DNA of 43,365 nucleotides from a virus, in UHGV virus genome UHGV-1378837. One strand, 5' to 3'. Shown in pieces: positions 7,700-17,963 of this stretch; the first letter of the stretch is position 1; each line of letters starts with the position of its first letter. Below the pieces are notes generated by a model. The model had not been told where the DNA came from, did no database searches, and saw only the letters and a list, made by a program, of their open reading frames with translations. A program made the position numbers and the translations under genes.

Positions 7700-7930
7700 A
7701 TATTTTTCGTGTTGCATCGTGTTGCATATATCATAAAAAATATAATATAATCCTCCGTTATAGGCAGAGGAAGTGATGTTTAAAAACATGAAAAAACCTT
7801 GTAAATACGTTGTTTTTCCCGTATCTACAAGGTTTTATGGAAAAGCTGCTGACGGGAATCGGACCCGTAAAATACAACGGTTTTATGCGGTTTCCAGGCT
7901 CCGTGTTGCATATCGTGTTGCATATTTCCG
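7700..7930. repeat. Putative attP: two copies of tandem direct repeat CGTGTTGCAT(AT)CGTGTTGCATAT flanking a 170-bp core containing a tRNA T-arm-like hairpin
   Basis: Repeat copy 1 at 7708-7730, copy 2 at 7902-7925. Between them ACGGG-AATCGGA-CCCGT (7851-7867) resembles the complement of a tRNA T-arm. Located between the integrase stop and the last late gene (endolysin). Confidence 0.4.
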
Positions 7931-7978
7931 AAGATGGTATAATATTTATAGAAGCGTCAGTGTAAAAATCTGGCGCTT

Positions 7979-8719
7979 TTATATTGAATTAGAATCCTCT
8001 ATGTACCAGATTTCCTGCGCGCCATTATCTTGACTATGCCAGCATGCCCCCTCCAATAGACCGTTTGGTGTAGGGTCAAAGTAATACCAATCCCCCGAAC
8101 CGTCATCCGGGTCACATGTACTGCCATTCCATCGGTGCCAGCTGGTACAAGCATAACCATCCTTATTGAATAGATACCAATGGTGATTTATGATACACCA
8201 CTTATTAGCCGGGTAACTTCCATCCGGTCTGCGGTACCACCAGCCGTTATTATCCTTAATCCAGCCTGTGCGCTCCTGCTCAGTCCAGGTTTTCATAAAT
8301 TGTTCTGGATTTTGGTACAATTTTTTGATTCCACTGGTGGAGCTGCCCCAATCAGGAAGTTGAAAATGTGGCTTGTCCACAGGAGACTTCCAGTTTCCTC
8401 CCCATTCAAGGCCGATAGATACACCAATAGCACCCACGCGGTTAAAAAAGCCGCCAATTTCGTTATAGGCTCCAGTGCCATCATTGCGGAATATATCAAA
8501 AGCTGTCCCCCACTGATGATAGGAGCTGTAGCTGCTGCCGGGAGCATTAGTTACAATGTTACCCGGTTTAGTCCTACCCTGAGCGTATAGTGCATCCTGT
8601 TCTGCCACGGTCCGAAGTGTCTCGCCTATCTTAATTTTTAATCCCTGTTTATTACATTCATCCACCAACTGACCTGCTAAAAGCTGTAAGCGTGGATGGC
8701 ACAATGTGATATCTCTCAT
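7979..8719 (-). CDS. Endolysin: M15-family (VanY-like) L-alanyl-D-glutamate peptidase domain + C-terminal cell-wall-binding repeats
   Basis: Start ATG at 8719 (MRDITL) with GGAGGA RBS. N-domain CHPRL...GETLRTVAEQDALYAQGRT...H..G.A.D (M15 zinc peptidase). C-terminal repeats GWIKDNNGWWYRRPDGSY / NHHWYLFNKDGY / GDWYYFD (choline-binding-type repeats). Confidence 0.75.
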   Translation of the reverse strand: MRDITLCHPRLQLLAGQLVDECNKQGLKIKIGETLRTVAEQDALYAQGRTKPGNIVTNAPGSSYSSYHQWGTAFDIFRNDGTGAYNEIGGFFNRVGAIGVSIGLEWGGNWKSPVDKPHFQLPDWGSSTSGIKKLYQNPEQFMKTWTEQERTGWIKDNNGWWYRRPDGSYPANKWCIINHHWYLFNKDGYACTSWHRWNGSTCDPDDGSGDWYYFDPTPNGLLEGACWHSQDNGAQEIWYIEDSNSI

Positions 8720-8721
8720 AA

Positions 8722-8847
8722 TCATCCTCCAATTATGCTGTTTTTCTGCTGCTCTGTAATCCATCCAATTGACACGGCCCGGTTGAGTTCGGAAACGGTT
8801 AAGGGTCCTTTGCCATTGTTATATAGCCTTTTTAATGTTGTATACAT
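8722..8847 (-). CDS. XkdX-family small phage protein (42 aa), not in ORF track
   Basis: GGAGG RBS; MYTTLKRLYNNGKGPLTVSELNRAVSIGWITEQQKNSIIGG. The SIGWITE..K.SI pattern is typical of XkdX proteins found just upstream of lysis genes. Confidence 0.5.
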   Translation of the reverse strand: MYTTLKRLYNNGKGPLTVSELNRAVSIGWITEQQKNSIIGG

Positions 8848-8848
8848 A

Positions 8849-9298
8849 TCACACCTCCAACTGGCTTAAAATTATTGCGTCTACTGTATCTTGCAAGGTC
8901 TGCACTGTATCCCGTATATCCGGCCTACGAAGCTTTGCAACCATAATGGTATCCTTCACTTCGCTGGTTGTATAATATGGCTCTTCCTCGGTGCCAGTAT
9001 TTATTGTATCGGAAGATATGACATAATCTATTTTCTTTTGCATCTCTACCAGCCGAGTAAACCCGGTTTTTACTTCCATCGGCTGACCGTCCAAACCAAG
9101 TATGTAAATTTTTGCTGTATGTAAAGGATTGAATTCTGATTCTACCGTTTCAAAACTGTCTAGGCCTGGAAGAAACGACAGGGTTAGGTATTCGCCTGAT
9201 TCTTCCACCCCGTTTGTTATTAAGTCGTATTTTGTGTTGTTTGATAATTTTAATTGGTTCATTTGACTCCTTTCGTGGATATGGTTTTTATATAGCAA
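8849..9298 (-). CDS. Hypothetical tail-associated protein (possibly XkdW-like)
   Basis: 149 aa (the real start may be the internal MNQLKL). Lies between the tail fiber genes and XkdX. Confidence 0.3.
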   Translation of the reverse strand: MLYKNHIHERSQMNQLKLSNNTKYDLITNGVEESGEYLTLSFLPGLDSFETVESEFNPLHTAKIYILGLDGQPMEVKTGFTRLVEMQKKIDYVISSDTINTGTEEEPYYTTSEVKDTIMVAKLRRPDIRDTVQTLQDTVDAIILSQLEV

Positions 9299-9447
9299 AT
9301 AGCAATTTTACATATTTTAAGGATGGCAACAAGTATACTCGCAGCACAACCGATGGCCAACTGTCTCTTTTTTACAATCCTGACTCGAAGGCGCTTAGTG
9401 TATATGTTGATGGAGTAAACAAAGGTGGTATTAAGCTTGTCTAATGA

Positions 9448-10014
9448 TTATTTTGTACTGAAGGCATACAGATTGGTAAGGATTGGAACCTGATTATCAT
9501 AACCAATAAACTTTACGGCATCGCCCTTATGCACCGCAAAGCAAACAGGGGCAAAAGAATTGGTTGCCGCATCATTATTGACCCAAAATATAGTTATGCT
9601 ATTAACTGATACATAACATCCATGGGCTGAACTATTAAAGCCTATGGAACCACAGACTATACAATTTTCTGTGGCCGTCCAACTGGTTCCGTTAGCAAAT
9701 CCATCTTTGATTTTTTTGCTGGTATCTATGTATGGTAAATTGCTATTTGCAGTAGCAATATCCTCTTTGTTTTTTGTGATTTCTTGCTGCATTGCATAGG
9801 CCAACGAGGATGACGGAACAGTGTTATCAGAATTTGTTTGAACGGTTGAAATTAATGTTTTTAAAGCATCAATGATTTCATTGGCTTTTGCAACCGTTTC
9901 TTCAAGTTTATTTTCGGTTTTATTCAGATTATCAGCATCAATATCTGGTTCAGAATTATTTACATAATTAGTTGGATTATAGATATCCATTTTTTCTAAA
10001 TTTTTGATTGCCAT
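9448..10014 (-). CDS. Tail fiber / receptor-binding tip protein
   Basis: 188 aa, N-terminal coiled-coil then a beta-rich C-terminal domain. Position at the distal end of the tail module. Confidence 0.35.
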   Translation of the reverse strand: MAIKNLEKMDIYNPTNYVNNSEPDIDADNLNKTENKLEETVAKANEIIDALKTLISTVQTNSDNTVPSSSLAYAMQQEITKNKEDIATANSNLPYIDTSKKIKDGFANGTSWTATENCIVCGSIGFNSSAHGCYVSVNSITIFWVNNDAATNSFAPVCFAVHKGDAVKFIGYDNQVPILTNLYAFSTK

Positions 10015-10026
10015 GTATGCCTCCTG

Positions 10027-10992
10027 TTACATAGTACATTTTAATTCACGTAATGTCATATTAACAACTGATGTGCTTGCTGTAGTGCGCATAAAAAGTG
10101 ATATGTATATAAATCGTGTTCCAGTAATATTGGACACATCAAAATTATTCGTTTTTAAATTTCCTGATGTATTTGGTATCTCTCTCCTCCAATAATCTCC
10201 TAATCCAGAGTTATAATCTTTACCGGAGCCACTGGAATCTCGCATATATATATAATCACTGACATATCCAGTAGCTAGAACCATTTCACATCCTCCAGAA
10301 GCATTGGCGAGAGAATATTTCAGCGTTATTCGATTGATATTATCAAAATTGAGAGGGACATTAAATACAATTGCCGTTGTTACATAATCTGTGCTAAGAG
10401 GATTTTCAATGTGAATGTTATCTCGCCCAAATGTCACATCTCCTTTATAGTAAGGTCCACCTTTACGCCCAAAAGATGGAAACGAGCTTATTGATTGGCC
10501 TGGACCAAACACGCCATTGTAATACGGTGTATACGGGTCATCATTCTCATATCCTTCGTAATCTCCTACAATAGTTGTATCCCCTACTCTAATAACTACA
10601 TTTTTTTTAATATTCGATGCAATAAGATTCGGGAGACTTTCTACAAAAACATCACCTTCCATATATTTACCAGCTGTTTCTATTGTTTGTAAATCTGCGC
10701 TCGGAACAACATATTGATTGCCTAATGTCGGTATGTTTTGTGTTACAGTACTACCTGCTTCATAAAATCCTTCTCCCAAAGATAGCGTCTGATTTAATTG
10801 CAATTCATACCTTTCAGGTTGTATAATTGGCATTTTTCCAATTTGTTCATTATCACTTCCACGACCTAAAAATATTTTTCCTTTTTTTACGCTCGATGGA
10901 AGAGCAGTTAAATCACTTGTATCTGCATTAGCTCCATTTTTTTTAATTATGCAATCAGCCATTTTAATCAACCCATCCCTCAAACGTCCCAA
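10027..10992 (-). CDS. Tail fiber / receptor-binding protein
   Basis: 321 aa, Gly/Tyr/Asn-rich beta-type composition, in the tail-tip gene block. Confidence 0.35.
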   Translation of the reverse strand: MGRLRDGLIKMADCIIKKNGANADTSDLTALPSSVKKGKIFLGRGSDNEQIGKMPIIQPERYELQLNQTLSLGEGFYEAGSTVTQNIPTLGNQYVVPSADLQTIETAGKYMEGDVFVESLPNLIASNIKKNVVIRVGDTTIVGDYEGYENDDPYTPYYNGVFGPGQSISSFPSFGRKGGPYYKGDVTFGRDNIHIENPLSTDYVTTAIVFNVPLNFDNINRITLKYSLANASGGCEMVLATGYVSDYIYMRDSSGSGKDYNSGLGDYWRREIPNTSGNLKTNNFDVSNITGTRFIYISLFMRTTASTSVVNMTLRELKCTM

Positions 10993-11368
10993 TATATGGA
11001 CCTATTTTAACTCCCTTTTTTATTACAGCACTTGAAATTCCCGATATGCCACCTATAAAGGTATTTCCAGTCATATAGGTTCCTTTGACCCCGGCGGTTG
11101 TTCCATTGATAGAAGGGTCAACGTATTGCGCCCCTAGCGTTGGGATATCCTGTTTTAATGTTATTGAAACAAAATATCCTTCTGGGATATAAAATTTTCC
11201 ATTAATCGGGAAATCATGTTCCACATTATAATAAGTTGGCATAGTTCCCTCTTGTGCATTTTCTGTTCCTGCACCAATAAACGTTTCTCCATACCTGACA
11301 TCTTCTGGTTTTGCAGTAAGATAGTCATTATTAAACATGCCTCCGTTATATAGTATACATTCTGCCAT
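10964..11368 (-). CDS. Tail fiber-associated protein
   Basis: 134 aa Gly-rich ORF within the tail-tip block. Confidence 0.3.
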   Translation of the reverse strand: MAECILYNGGMFNNDYLTAKPEDVRYGETFIGAGTENAQEGTMPTYYNVEHDFPINGKFYIPEGYFVSITLKQDIPTLGAQYVDPSINGTTAGVKGTYMTGNTFIGGISGISSAVIKKGVKIGPYIGTFEGWVD

Positions 11369-11369
11369 G

Positions 11370-11846
11370 CTAATTCCCTGCCCCTTTTACGAGAATTTGA
11401 AAATCTGTTGATGGTTTAGAACCATAGCAATATAATGTAACAACTCCATTTCCGCTTTCAGCACTATCGACATATCCAAAAGCTTTTTTTCTCTCTCTGG
11501 CTACGCTTGCGCTTGGTTTATCCCCTAAATATGGACCACCAATAATAAGCCCTATGTTCTCTTTTGCTCCAGGAACACCAACAGTCTGCGAATAGGGCAC
11601 AGATGTGCTCCAATTTTCCGAAAGAACCATAATTCTTTTTATACCTTTAATATCTTCGATTTCTGAGTTATTTTGTAATACAGCCTTATTGGTTTCGTTA
11701 ATATCATCAGCCGTAAAAATGTCTCCTATTTCCTGATACTCTGTTTTATCTTCAAGCGTTGTTAGGCCGGTTGACGCATCTGTGGTCATCTTATATTTTC
11801 GTAATCCGGAAAATTTGTCATTTTTAAAATTTGTTTTCAAATTCAT
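11370..11846 (-). CDS. Hypothetical tail protein
   Basis: 158 aa, co-oriented and tightly packed with tail genes. Confidence 0.3.
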   Translation of the reverse strand: MNLKTNFKNDKFSGLRKYKMTTDASTGLTTLEDKTEYQEIGDIFTADDINETNKAVLQNNSEIEDIKGIKRIMVLSENWSTSVPYSQTVGVPGAKENIGLIIGGPYLGDKPSASVARERKKAFGYVDSAESGNGVVTLYCYGSKPSTDFQILVKGAGN

Positions 11847-12283
11847 AGCTTAATACCTCTATTTCCTAGAACTTTGGTTCCCAATTTAAACGACAAATGC
11901 TGAGGACCAGGATAGGACTTTTCAATCAAATTACCTAAATCATAAATGATTTTTTCTATGGCATTGGCCTGATAAATTGATGTGTATGTTATCTTATCTG
12001 GGGTAAGGGGAGTGCTATCGCCTGTATAGTACGCGTTTCTTATTGCAACTATATTTTTTCTTAGACGTTCCATTTCTTTATCCGTCCTATGGTCCTCAGG
12101 TTTCCAATTCAGCTTGTTGTTTGTCGTATTTCTATATCCATACTGATTGAGAACATAAGATACCCATTTAATCGCCTGTTCGATACGGTTTAGGTCTTTA
12201 TAATCAATGTAAGCTTTATCGGTTAATTCTATTATGTCTGACTGCGTACGGTCAAAAATAAGAGATTCTAAATACTTACTCAT
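11843..12283 (-). CDS. Hypothetical tail protein
   Basis: 146 aa; 4-nt overlap with the upstream gene (translational coupling). Confidence 0.3.
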   Translation of the reverse strand: MSKYLESLIFDRTQSDIIELTDKAYIDYKDLNRIEQAIKWVSYVLNQYGYRNTTNNKLNWKPEDHRTDKEMERLRKNIVAIRNAYYTGDSTPLTPDKITYTSIYQANAIEKIIYDLGNLIEKSYPGPQHLSFKLGTKVLGNRGIKL

Positions 12284-14138
12284 GTATTTTTACCTCTGCC
12301 TTAATTTCGTTGGGAGAAAAGCTGTAATTGTAGCTCTCAATAATACCGGTGCGGTATCCATCATAATCTGTATCAATCCTAACCTTCTGTCCTAGTTTTT
12401 TATTTCCTATAAGTACATCCCCCACCACATTTTCTGCGCGCTGGTAATATGCATATACGCGTTCAAGCACTTGCTGAGCATTACCATTGTGCACCAACGT
12501 TGCATCTGTTACTTCACGAATATTTTTGTTAAACACAATATCAGGATTCTCTTTAAGGATTGATGTTGTAAGATGGTTGTATTTCTTTCCAGTTAGTATT
12601 ACATTTCCACCGGTTCCGGTTATGTAAGCATAGTTATCACCAGACTGACCAATGGTGCCGCCAGTTATCTCCAGACCATGATAAGGCTCACTAAAAATAA
12701 CCTCTGCTGTTCCATTCAAAGTATCATTATATAGTTCTTGCGCCTCATCCGATTTTTGATATGTATGAACTGTTAGCCGGATTCCTGTGACAATATCAGA
12801 ATGCTCCAATGTAACCCCAGAAAATACTTCATCATTCAAAAATTCACCACTCAAAGCATTTTCTTGCGGATAGATAACAATTCCGTCATAATTGCTTGTA
12901 TCTGCAATAGCTCCAATAGCAAAGCATATATATACTAATGCGTTTCTCTTTGTGGTATACGGTATGTAACCATAAAGCGGAATATCCGAAAATGATTCAT
13001 CCAACAAATAATTAAAATCTTCATTCTCAAATATTTTCTCTAATACTTCAGAAACCGGCTGGCCTGTATATATTCCTCCAGCAAATTCATTACCATCCAA
13101 CACCCCCACTGCATCATGCGCGTCCATATGGTAATCCGTTTTGTTTTTCCTGGCACCGTTTTTAAGATAAAAATTTCCTATCAACTCACCGTTGAAATAT
13201 AAAGTAAGTTTCTGCTTTTTCTGTAAATCAAACGGTATATCGGATGTTGTCCTGACCGTGAAATTCAAGGTGTTAATACTTATGCTTTCTGATATTGCAT
13301 TGATTTCTTGCAAACAGTTTCTTTCCAATAATTCGTTGTCCAGAAAATCACGGTATATTCCATAATCTATTCTGGTAACAAATACTGGCCTTATGGGTTT
13401 TGATGTCTGCAAAAACGTGATTTCAAGTTTATTATATCCTCTCACATAGTTATTACAAAAATATCGCACTGATTCCGGGGAAAACTCCATATCTGACAAT
13501 AGGTTATTATCCGCGTACCACTTTACTCTCATTCGTGTGCAATAATCTCCAGACATCATATTAAAAGTAAAAAGCAGTCCTACACTGGTGAATTTTTGAT
13601 TAAAGGTTACTGTCAGCATGGGGGATTCAATTAACTTTTCAGTTGTTGATTTAGGATATAAAAACATTCCTGGATGCAAACCCATTTGGGGCTTAAGTCC
13701 TTGGCTTTGCTTAACATATCCGAACAATCCTTGTTCATTTGATACTTCTGGGCTTATATATCCATACGGAAGCGGATTATCTGGAAAATTGATATACTTT
13801 CCATTCAGCAGAGAAAACCGTGGAAAGCATAGAGCATATCCAGGATAAGAAATATCATCTCGCTTTAATTCTGGAAATTCCTGCTCTGTTATTGTCCCAC
13901 GCGGATGTAAACCAGGGCCTGGACGAAGTCCTATTCTCGGTCTTAATCCAGGTCTTGTAATGGATGCTGTACTATTTTCTTTGGCATAAGGGGCCAAGTC
14001 ATCATAAACAATCTTTAATCCCTCAGTATTCTGTTCTGCATCAGATAATATGGATTGCTTTAAAAACACATCACGGCCTCCTCTGCGGCTCCATAGCGGT
14101 AAAGGTAATGGATAACCCGGTCCAATGGTTACGCTCAC
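12276..14138 (-). CDS. Tail tip protein (Tal / prophage-endopeptidase-tail-like)
   Basis: 620 aa, immediately after the TMP and the small distal-tail gene. Contains Pro/Gly/Arg repeats (PGLRPRIGLRPGPGLHPRG). Size and position typical of a siphovirus tail-associated lysin/tip protein. Confidence 0.45.
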   Translation of the reverse strand: MSVTIGPGYPLPLPLWSRRGGRDVFLKQSILSDAEQNTEGLKIVYDDLAPYAKENSTASITRPGLRPRIGLRPGPGLHPRGTITEQEFPELKRDDISYPGYALCFPRFSLLNGKYINFPDNPLPYGYISPEVSNEQGLFGYVKQSQGLKPQMGLHPGMFLYPKSTTEKLIESPMLTVTFNQKFTSVGLLFTFNMMSGDYCTRMRVKWYADNNLLSDMEFSPESVRYFCNNYVRGYNKLEITFLQTSKPIRPVFVTRIDYGIYRDFLDNELLERNCLQEINAISESISINTLNFTVRTTSDIPFDLQKKQKLTLYFNGELIGNFYLKNGARKNKTDYHMDAHDAVGVLDGNEFAGGIYTGQPVSEVLEKIFENEDFNYLLDESFSDIPLYGYIPYTTKRNALVYICFAIGAIADTSNYDGIVIYPQENALSGEFLNDEVFSGVTLEHSDIVTGIRLTVHTYQKSDEAQELYNDTLNGTAEVIFSEPYHGLEITGGTIGQSGDNYAYITGTGGNVILTGKKYNHLTTSILKENPDIVFNKNIREVTDATLVHNGNAQQVLERVYAYYQRAENVVGDVLIGNKKLGQKVRIDTDYDGYRTGIIESYNYSFSPNEIKAEVKIHE

Positions 14139-14481
14139 CTTCTTTTCCGTTCTTGTTGATTTTTAAATCATCATCCCCGCTCGTTATGTATGCTTCAAAC
14201 TCTTTGGTAACTTGACCATATGGAAATACCATATTATGAGACTCGACCGGAGCGGAGATAATTTCATAAAATGTATCATAGTCAGCTGGGTTACTTCTTT
14301 CTGCATCAATATCAAGCGTATAATTATAAAATGTACCGATAATATCACGGTGCATCCTATAAGACTGCAAACGTCCAGAATTTTCACTATCTGCGACCGA
14401 AAAATTTCGCTTTAAGGATTTTACCCATAGGCGGAGATTAACTCCGTCTATGGTAAATACTCCGTTCCCATTCTGAGCCAT
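14071..14481 (-). CDS. Putative distal tail protein (short Dit-like)
   Basis: 136 aa directly downstream of the tape measure gene. Confidence 0.3.
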   Translation of the reverse strand: MAQNGNGVFTIDGVNLRLWVKSLKRNFSVADSENSGRLQSYRMHRDIIGTFYNYTLDIDAERSNPADYDTFYEIISAPVESHNMVFPYGQVTKEFEAYITSGDDDLKINKNGKEGERNHWTGLSITFTAMEPQRRP

Positions 14482-16937
14482 TATACGCTACCCTCCGTGA
14501 CCATTCTTACACCCACACGGTTCTTTTCGTTGTTTCCAAATTTGACTACAAGCTGACCAAATCTTGTACCATCAAGTATTAGCTCCGCTTTAGCAATCTG
14601 GTTTCCACCAGATATATTGCTTTCTGCCAGCGCTTCCTTAAGTGCTTGCTTCATAGTTGATAGCGGAGACACAACTTCTGTTTCACGGTTGTTATCTCCC
14701 AAGATAGCAGCAAACATTCCTGCCCGCGGTGGTACTACTGTACCGGTTGCAAGCATTGGCATTTTATAGGGGACTGCTGCATAGGCAGACATGGGGTAGG
14801 CACTTCTTCCTCCATACCCACCAGAATATCCGGCAGATGCAGCACGCTTACCAGCATTAATTGCTATTGTAGCAGCAGCTATTCCAGCAGCTAATGAAGC
14901 AGCTACAACACCAGCGCCTACACCACCAGCTAATGCTCCTAAAGCGACTGCAAGAATTCCAACTGCCGAAGCCGCTGCAAGAATACTTGCTATAACTTTT
15001 TCTGTTGGAGACATGTTGTTCCAGTTCTTGGCCAACACAGCAATCAGCGATATTATGCCTGATATAGCAAGGACAAGGGGATTTATATTTGATACGGTTC
15101 TTGCTAAAAGTGAAATAACACGTTCTCCAATTGCTAAAAAGCCTCCAAGATTGCTTATTAATTGTCCTATTCCCAATACAAATTCTGAAAACTTCCACGC
15201 TGCAAAAAATGCCAGTACTGCAAGTGTAATATTTTCCACCAATGTCTGGTTTTGACTTACCCAATCCGAAAATCTAGTAAGCCATTCTACAACTTTTTCC
15301 AATGCGGCTATAATAACTGCTCCCGTCCACTCGCCTAATGGTTTTAAAAATTCTTCCCAGAGCCACAGACCTAATGGCTTAAGTGCTTCAACCACACTAT
15401 GTACTGCTTTCAACGCTGATGCAATTAAATCAAATATTTTTGGTAATGCTTGCTCTATTCCCCATTTTGCAATAGGAAGTAGTACATTGTTAAGAAACCA
15501 TAATAGTAAGTTTCCAACATCTGATACAATAGGTTTTACAGCAATCAAAGCCCTGTCAAAGCTTTCCAGCAAAGGTGAAAAATCCAAATCCGCAGACCAT
15601 TCTTTTAAACTTTCTGATGCTTGACGGAAAAATCCTGTTATTTCAAGAATAATATCCCCAAGGTGCCTTAAAATGTTTGTGCCAGTATCGCCAGATACCC
15701 ACGCCTTATCAAAGTTTGTAACTAGATTACCAACTGTATCAACCAGATTTGCAAAAGTAATTAGTAAATCATCCGTGATTGCTTTCCCATATCCCTCTAC
15801 ATTCCACACCTGCATAAACGATGCGCCTACATCACTTGCAAGCTGCTTAATAGCAGAGAATGTGTTTTGCAACGAACTCATTACCTGTGGGCCATTTTCA
15901 AGCCACGATTCCTTAAGCGGGTCGAACAGTTTCCCGAGCGTATCCTTTATAGCCTCTGCCTGTAGCTTAATATCATTGGATACTTCTTCCGTGGTAAACA
16001 TATCCTCTGGTTTAAGCTCGTTCTTTTCTTCGCTTTTTTTCTTTCCTGTTGTTATCTGTATCAGCTTGTCAAATGGTGCTAATGCCTTTTCTGTTTCTTT
16101 GGCTGCATCCTTGGTTTCGTCTTTGGTCTTATCCAGACTATCCGCATAATCCTGCTGAACTTTAACCGCCTTGACAAATGTATCCTTTCCAGTTAATGCC
16201 GCCAGCAGTTGCGCCGTCCAGGTGACGGCCTGGGATAACAAATTGATGAACTGTGCCAGGGCTGGAGCTGCGTACTCAACCAACGGGGAAAAGGCTGTGC
16301 CAAAGGAGTTTTTAAGCTGGGTCATACTGGACATTAGCATGGATAATGCTTTATTGGTATCATCTGAATACTGGGCCAGATTATCCATACCTTCTTTTAA
16401 TCCGCCCGTTACTGCGGAAATGGCACGGAATACAGTGCTAAATAAGATAGATGTTGCAAGCATTCGGCCCAATCCCATTCGTGCACCTCGGGATGCTTTC
16501 TCAGTACCTTTTAATGATTTATTGAGCTTACTTCCACTTTTGCTTGCCTTCTTTTGCTCATTATCAACACCGAGCAGCTTTTTTTTGTAATCCTGCATTG
16601 CTTTTTTAGCCCGTTGCAATCCTGCTAATGCCTTGTCATATGGCGCATCGCCAAGTCCATAACCAGCCTTTTCAGCGTAATACAATGCATCTTTATACCG
16701 GTCCACTTCATCTTGCAAATTGCGTACACTTGGTGTAAGACTTTGTATGGATTTAGAAGCAGATGAAAATGTATGTTTCATAATGCCTGGAATATCCTTA
16801 AAAGCCTGAGGTAGCAATTTTATATAATCCATTGTGCCGGATAGCGTCCTTTTGATATCTTCGCTGCCTGTTTTTGCACCATCCGTATTGATTTTAGTAT
16901 CTATTAATACAGTTCCATCAGGTTGCAAAGATATCAC
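14481..16937 (-). CDS. Tail tape measure protein
   Basis: 818 aa, longest ORF. Coiled-coil-rich with a Gly/Ala-rich hydrophobic C-terminal segment (ILAVALGALAGGVGAGVVAASLAAGIAAATIAINAG). Preceded by a G/GT chaperone pair. Confidence 0.85.
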   Translation of the reverse strand: MISLQPDGTVLIDTKINTDGAKTGSEDIKRTLSGTMDYIKLLPQAFKDIPGIMKHTFSSASKSIQSLTPSVRNLQDEVDRYKDALYYAEKAGYGLGDAPYDKALAGLQRAKKAMQDYKKKLLGVDNEQKKASKSGSKLNKSLKGTEKASRGARMGLGRMLATSILFSTVFRAISAVTGGLKEGMDNLAQYSDDTNKALSMLMSSMTQLKNSFGTAFSPLVEYAAPALAQFINLLSQAVTWTAQLLAALTGKDTFVKAVKVQQDYADSLDKTKDETKDAAKETEKALAPFDKLIQITTGKKKSEEKNELKPEDMFTTEEVSNDIKLQAEAIKDTLGKLFDPLKESWLENGPQVMSSLQNTFSAIKQLASDVGASFMQVWNVEGYGKAITDDLLITFANLVDTVGNLVTNFDKAWVSGDTGTNILRHLGDIILEITGFFRQASESLKEWSADLDFSPLLESFDRALIAVKPIVSDVGNLLLWFLNNVLLPIAKWGIEQALPKIFDLIASALKAVHSVVEALKPLGLWLWEEFLKPLGEWTGAVIIAALEKVVEWLTRFSDWVSQNQTLVENITLAVLAFFAAWKFSEFVLGIGQLISNLGGFLAIGERVISLLARTVSNINPLVLAISGIISLIAVLAKNWNNMSPTEKVIASILAAASAVGILAVALGALAGGVGAGVVAASLAAGIAAATIAINAGKRAASAGYSGGYGGRSAYPMSAYAAVPYKMPMLATGTVVPPRAGMFAAILGDNNRETEVVSPLSTMKQALKEALAESNISGGNQIAKAELILDGTRFGQLVVKFGNNEKNRVGVRMVTEGSV

Positions 16938-16938
16938 C

Positions 16939-17963
16939 TCACTTTAGCAACTCTGCAAAATAATCAAATTCTTCTTTAGATTTGTCAGTGGATTTTTCAA
17001 GTTCACATAGCTTTTTATTGTTCTGTAAAAACTCCTGCTCCCACTTTTCTAAGCGCTTCCCTTTTGACAGTTTCTGCCGGATAGAAAGGACCTGAGAAAA
17101 CAATCCGTCCCCAATTTCCATGAACCATCCGTAGAAAGTCCACCAATGGATTATCTGGCATCCGCGTGTTTCAAACCCTGCAATCCTGTTAACCGCTGGG
17201 AAAATAATTCCTGCGTCCTGTTCCCAGTCAATTACACGCGGTGATGGAGTATCTTCATGCACCACACCACAGTCGATAAACCATAATGCTTTTTCTGCCG
17301 CTTCTGTTAAATCGTGCGGAGGCGGGATAACGGGCCAGTAAAGAATTTCAAGCATTGCTTGTGTTTTCTCTGGGTCAGATAATTCTTCATCTGCAAAGGC
17401 TGATAAAATATCTAATATTGCCCGGAAGTCCTCACGAATTTCATAGTCTATTCCATTAACAGAGAGAGAATATGGGAGGGACCACGCTGCGCTCATTTTA
17501 CGGGAAATGGGTATTTTCCCGGACCGGCATTATACGGTTGTGTATATTTTCCGGCCTTACTTTCCATTTCCGTAAAATTCTTACCGGTTTCCTGCTCTAT
17601 GATTTTTTGGACACTTTCAAGTATTACCAGCGCCCAGGGGTCGCCATTTTCCATAGGGGTAAATGGACTGGCGATTTTGAAAAAACCGGAAGTATCGGCA
17701 TTAAACAGATAATCAAACTTATCTTGCAGAGACTTTGCGTATCTGTTGATTGTCTCTAGGGAAAGTTCTTCCTTTTTTTTACTATCAAGAGTTTCTTTTA
17801 ATTCCATCCACATATCCTCGAATGCTCTATACACATTCTGCTGCCGCTCGAATATGTCAAGGTCTGTTGGAACAAATTTAAAAGTTGCCAACACATCTCC
17901 ATGCTGGTCAGTAAAATCGTAGTATTTAACCGGACTTTCAATATTTATTGGAATATTAGGCAT
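16939..17963 (-). CDS. Tail assembly chaperone pair (G-like 17493..17963 and T-like 16939..17496) with programmed -1 frameshift giving a G-T fusion
   Basis: The two ORFs overlap by ATGA. Slippery heptamer G_GGA_AAA (plus 17515-17521) lies 7 codons before the first stop. The -1 frame from there runs open into the second ORF. Position immediately upstream of the TMP. Confidence 0.55.

Noticed and set aside
7845-7925. Complete tRNA gene at the att site
   Set aside because: Only a T-arm plus acceptor-3'-strand-like segment is present (with an atypical TCCGATT loop). No matching 5' acceptor strand, D or anticodon arms within 80 nt, so at most a tRNA 3' fragment characteristic of attP.
7773-8033. 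86-aa plus-strand ORF spanning the putative attP and the 3' end of the endolysin gene
   Set aside because: It covers the repeat-containing non-coding region, overlaps the endolysin on the other strand, and has an Arg-rich translation driven by the CGTGTTGCAT repeats.
14857-15264. 135-aa Cys/Trp-rich ORF inside the tape measure gene (same strand, other frame); similar internal ORFs at 24440..24625, 31425..31700, 37575..37784, 42332..42598
   Set aside because: Out-of-frame overlaps within long, well-supported genes, with no independent start signals.
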